Positions 61,238-64,000 of a DNA stretch of 64,000 bases are shown here, one piece after another (the first letter of the stretch is position 1; each line of letters starts with the position of its first letter). This DNA is from an uncultured Bacteroidota bacterium. Lineage in GTDB: Bacteria; Bacteroidota; Ignavibacteria; UBA10030; UBA6906. The translations under genes were made by a program, and so were the position numbers. Where the stretch lies: the NCBI GenBank assembly GCA_963700635.1, contig CAVOYH010000001.1:352001-416000 (forward strand). Direction: 5' to 3'. A model generated the notes under the pieces. That model did no database searches. It was not told where the DNA came from and was given only the letters and a program-made list of their open reading frames with translations.

Positions 61238-62541
61238 TCGCCGTTTGCCACGCGATCGTGGTGATAGATAAGTTTCAGAGGCGGGTTGGCCGACTGTTGA
61301 TGATGCCGGAGTTCCTGTTGTCGGATCTTCACTTCCGCCCGTTTGACTTCTGTATTTGTTGGATCCAGAACATATGCTTTGGCAAGACCATCCAGCGCCC
61401 GGGTAAAATCTCCGTGTTGGGCGAACTCTTCCGCTGCAAGAATGTGGAGCCGGATGAGTCTGCCGTGCTCGCTCGAACCACGCGCGGTTGTGTCCGCGGC
61501 AGCATGTTCGTTCTTCTGTTGCCATATCAGTTGTTCGAGTGCGAGAAGGCTGGTGGCTTCGTGATCGACAACAAGGCCAAGAGCGACTTCGGTAAGGGCT
61601 TCGTCATACGATGCAACCGCAAGCAGGTCCCGCGCGCGGGTGGCGTGTTGTTCCACCTTTTGCTCCCGCAACACGAGCTCATCCACGTTCGCTTCCGCCC
61701 TGATCTGTTCCGCCCCGGGCTTTCCCTCCACCCCGGACTCTGTCTCTGGTGCCAACTCTTGTTCTGTCTCTGGCGCTGATTCTACCTCTGTCTCTGCTTC
61801 TTCCCCTGTCGCTGCTTCTTCCTCTGTTTCCGCCCCTGTCTCTCCCGCAAGCCATGGGTCTTTCTCCGCGCCCGCCTCCAGCTCTATTGCCGCTCCCCCC
61901 TGCTGCTGCGCGACCTCTATTTCTTCCTGCTGTTGGTTCGCCCATATGCGTGCTCTTGTGACAAGCTGTTCACACTCCCTGAGTCCCCGGTCCATCGGAT
62001 CAAGAACATAGCCCCGCGTCACGAGGTGCATTGCTTCGTCATACTCCCCTCGTGACGCAAGGTCGCAGGCCTCCTGGATGTAGGCCTGGATCGTATCCCG
62101 GACGATCGCGTGGTATATATCCGGCGTCGAGGCCGTTGGGGGGGCGCTGGTGCATGCCTCACGAATTTGCTCCTCCAGCCCGGGAATATCCGCATTCATC
62201 GGGTCAAGCTGACGTGCCTGCCCGAGTATCTCCAGCGCCCCGCGGAAATCGTTGTTCGAGAGCGAGTCATACGCTTTGCTCAACAATCCAACGATTTCCG
62301 CGAGAGCCGGGGCGGGTGAAGGCTTCTGGCCAGAGGTTGATCCGGTATTCGCGGGTGTTGCAGGAGCCTCAACTACGGAGGCGCGGGATTCCATCAGTGC
62401 CCGAACACGCTCTTCGTATGCCTCGGCATAACGGTTCGCCGGATCTTCCGCGCGGGCTTTGACTATCAGAGCCAGAGCAGCAGAAAAGTTGCCCTCACGG
62501 ACAAGCTTGTCTGCCTGCTTCAACGATGTCATAGTCATCAT
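61234..62541 (-). CDS. Soluble protein with five dispersed TPR-like units and an acidic low-complexity tract
   Basis: Repeats of type A..L...G.(F/Y)..AL....A..LDP.N.....E..I; no TM or signal peptide. Confidence 0.75.
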   Translation of the reverse strand: MMTMTSLKQADKLVREGNFSAALALIVKARAEDPANRYAEAYEERVRALMESRASVVEAPATPANTGSTSGQKPSPAPALAEIVGLLSKAYDSLSNNDFRGALEILGQARQLDPMNADIPGLEEQIREACTSAPPTASTPDIYHAIVRDTIQAYIQEACDLASRGEYDEAMHLVTRGYVLDPMDRGLRECEQLVTRARIWANQQQEEIEVAQQQGGAAIELEAGAEKDPWLAGETGAETEEEAATGEEAETEVESAPETEQELAPETESGVEGKPGAEQIRAEANVDELVLREQKVEQHATRARDLLAVASYDEALTEVALGLVVDHEATSLLALEQLIWQQKNEHAAADTTARGSSEHGRLIRLHILAAEEFAQHGDFTRALDGLAKAYVLDPTNTEVKRAEVKIRQQELRHHQQSANPPLKLIYHHDRVANGE

Positions 62542-62579
62542 GCCCACGTAGCCTCTGGCGTTTATCCAACGTCAGGAAG

Positions 62580-62595
62580 TACAAAGCGCATGCCA
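62580..62595 (-). promoter_or_regulatory. Sigma54-like -24/-12 promoter for the TPR/TonB pair
   Basis: Minus strand TGGCATGCGCTTTGTA, ~40 nt upstream of the start codon. Confidence 0.5.
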
Positions 62596-62822
62596 TGACA
62601 TACTCTGTCCGTTGTGCCATTTGTGCCGGCAAAAGGGGATGTTTTTGCCCGTTGCACGTGTCTGACGTCGCCACGATGACATCCGTGTAAAGACACTGGT
62701 AACAAGCCTTCGGGTTTTTCTTCTTTGAAAGGAGGGGTGTGTGTGGAATCTACAATAACGCTATACGTCTTTGCAGTCGCCCCGTGACGTGCGTCACGGA
62801 GCGTGATACGGCCTCCGGAGGG

Positions 62823-63659
62823 TCAAGGCGATTGAGTGGTGTCTGCCTTCGCCGAATCAGCCGGGACACCTGCGGGAACCGGGTAAAATGGTTCGTCAGT
62901 GGCACTTTCCTGGTCAATTTCCTCGATGGCAGGCGGCGCAACCGGTTGCTCCGGCTGCTCACGTTTCCAGAAGTAGTAGAACGCGAAGGCGATCACCACA
63001 ACGGCAATGCCCATAACGATCGCCAGCAGCCGGTTGGACTTTTTCGCCGGATCGGCGTGTAATGGTGTACTTTCAACCTCGGAGGAAGAGCGTACATCGG
63101 TATCCGGCACGGGAGGTTCGGAAGCAACCAGAGGTTTCCGCCGTTGAAGTTCCTGCATCTGCAGGATCTTGAGTTCAAACTCGCGGGCAAAAAGATCTTC
63201 ATTGTCAATGACAAAAACACGGCGGAGTTCGGTGAGGGCATGCTCATACTCATGCTTCTTGACATGCTCGTGGGCGCGCTGGAAGTACTGGTTCTTTAGC
63301 CACTGTCGGGCAGCGCGGAGTTGTTCCTGTTGTTCGGGAGTGGGGGGGCGTTCCGCCTTCGCCGCCCCGGGGGAGGTCAGCGGCGCCTGATGTTCGCGCG
63401 CCTGCTCGATAAGGCCCGGAAGAGAATCCAGTATGTCCGTACGCTGATCTCCGGTGAGCTTTCCCGTAGAGGTGAGTTCTTCGAGCTGCTCTATTTGGCG
63501 TTCGAAGGCGAGGATATAGATGTTCGAGGTGTCGAGCGCGCGCGCTTTGCGAATCGCGACCAGGGCTTCCTTGTAACCGCTCTTCCCTGTGTGTTCGTGT
63601 GCCTCGGTAAGAAGACGGTGAATCAATGCTTGCGCGCGTTGTTTGTCGTTGTCATTCAT
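62823..63659 (-). CDS. Membrane-anchored TPR-like protein, paralog of the N-terminal half of the 59894-61237 protein
   Basis: Shares SLPGLI and AR..LK.QYFQ.A.E..KK..Y..AL.E.RRV..I; TM LLAIVMGIAVVVIAFAFYYFW; short acidic tail. Confidence 0.78.
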   Translation of the reverse strand: MNDNDKQRAQALIHRLLTEAHEHTGKSGYKEALVAIRKARALDTSNIYILAFERQIEQLEELTSTGKLTGDQRTDILDSLPGLIEQAREHQAPLTSPGAAKAERPPTPEQQEQLRAARQWLKNQYFQRAHEHVKKHEYEHALTELRRVFVIDNEDLFAREFELKILQMQELQRRKPLVASEPPVPDTDVRSSSEVESTPLHADPAKKSNRLLAIVMGIAVVVIAFAFYYFWKREQPEQPVAPPAIEEIDQESATDEPFYPVPAGVPADSAKADTTQSP

Positions 63660-64000
63660 GGCGGATTTCAATTCGTTGTGCGATTCGGGAGTCGGTGCAC
63701 TGAACAACAACCTGTCTTTCCCCGGGCATATACATCCAGCCCGGCAATGTGGTTATGCCGGAAAGTGACGCCTGCTGTGCGATTTTCACACCGTTCAGGA
63801 AAACCGTGATGGGGGGCTTCGCGACGTTCACGCATCGTACGACAAGGGCACGGGAAGGAGGCATGTACGATCCTTCCATGGGGCCAACGTCCACCAGCAG
63901 GGTGGACCCGATACGTTGCTGCGCGTGCGTCCGCCGGAGCACAACACCCTTCTGATAGTCAAAAGACAAACCGTCATCTTCGTAATAGGCCCGCACCGCT
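63652..64000 (-). CDS. C-terminal end of a probable GH31 glycosidase (DUF5110-type domain), truncated by window edge
   Basis: YYEDDGLSFDYQKG...EGSYMP..R is typical of GH31 C-termini. Confidence 0.7.
   Translation of the reverse strand, partial: AVRAYYEDDGLSFDYQKGVVLRRTHAQQRIGSTLLVDVGPMEGSYMPPSRALVVRCVNVAKPPITVFLNGVKIAQQASLSGITTLPGWMYMPGERQVVVQCTDSRIAQRIEIRHE

Noticed and set aside
61238-61525. N-terminal 96 aa of the 543-aa ORF call; similar upstream extensions on bioY, the exonuclease, atpD and DUF4139
   Set aside because: They overlap neighbouring genes or promoters; downstream ATGs with an RBS or stop-start coupling are better starts.

Overview
A 64 kb, GC-rich bacterial chromosomal window, most consistent with an Ignavibacteria-like member of the Bacteroidota/Chlorobiota group. 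The inference rests on 'QNYPNPFNP' T9SS-type C-terminal tails, a GWxTD-family gene, a stand-alone atpD-atpC pair and rpsF-rpsR-rplI without ssb. Most of it is housekeeping: kbl, mrp/nfu, ftsE, pdxA, pepA, nrnA, korAB, prs-rplY-pth-rpsF-rpsR-rplI, thpR-recA-recX, atpDC, manC, rlpA, rpiB, smpB-tyrS-pdaD. It also carries a two-component system, a TetR-controlled RND efflux operon and two GH31 genes. An accessory block after tRNA-Thr(CGT) holds a possible integrase/IS relic, secreted T9SS cargo, a class D beta-lactamase-like gene and a CHASE/PAS kinase. The best candidate for an undescribed system is a three-gene cluster at 59.9-63.7 kb built from a shared TPR-like helical unit: a soluble 5-repeat protein and two paralogous membrane-anchored proteins, one ending in a TonB C-terminal domain, with a sigma54-like promoter inside the cluster. 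Other points of interest: an RpiB with an EutQ-like N-terminal domain, an unannotated 55-aa zinc-ribbon ORF, a structured leader with two competing folds, a sphingomyelin-synthase-like gene, and two genes split by single-base homopolymer insertions. All family assignments come from motif recognition by eye; no searches were run.
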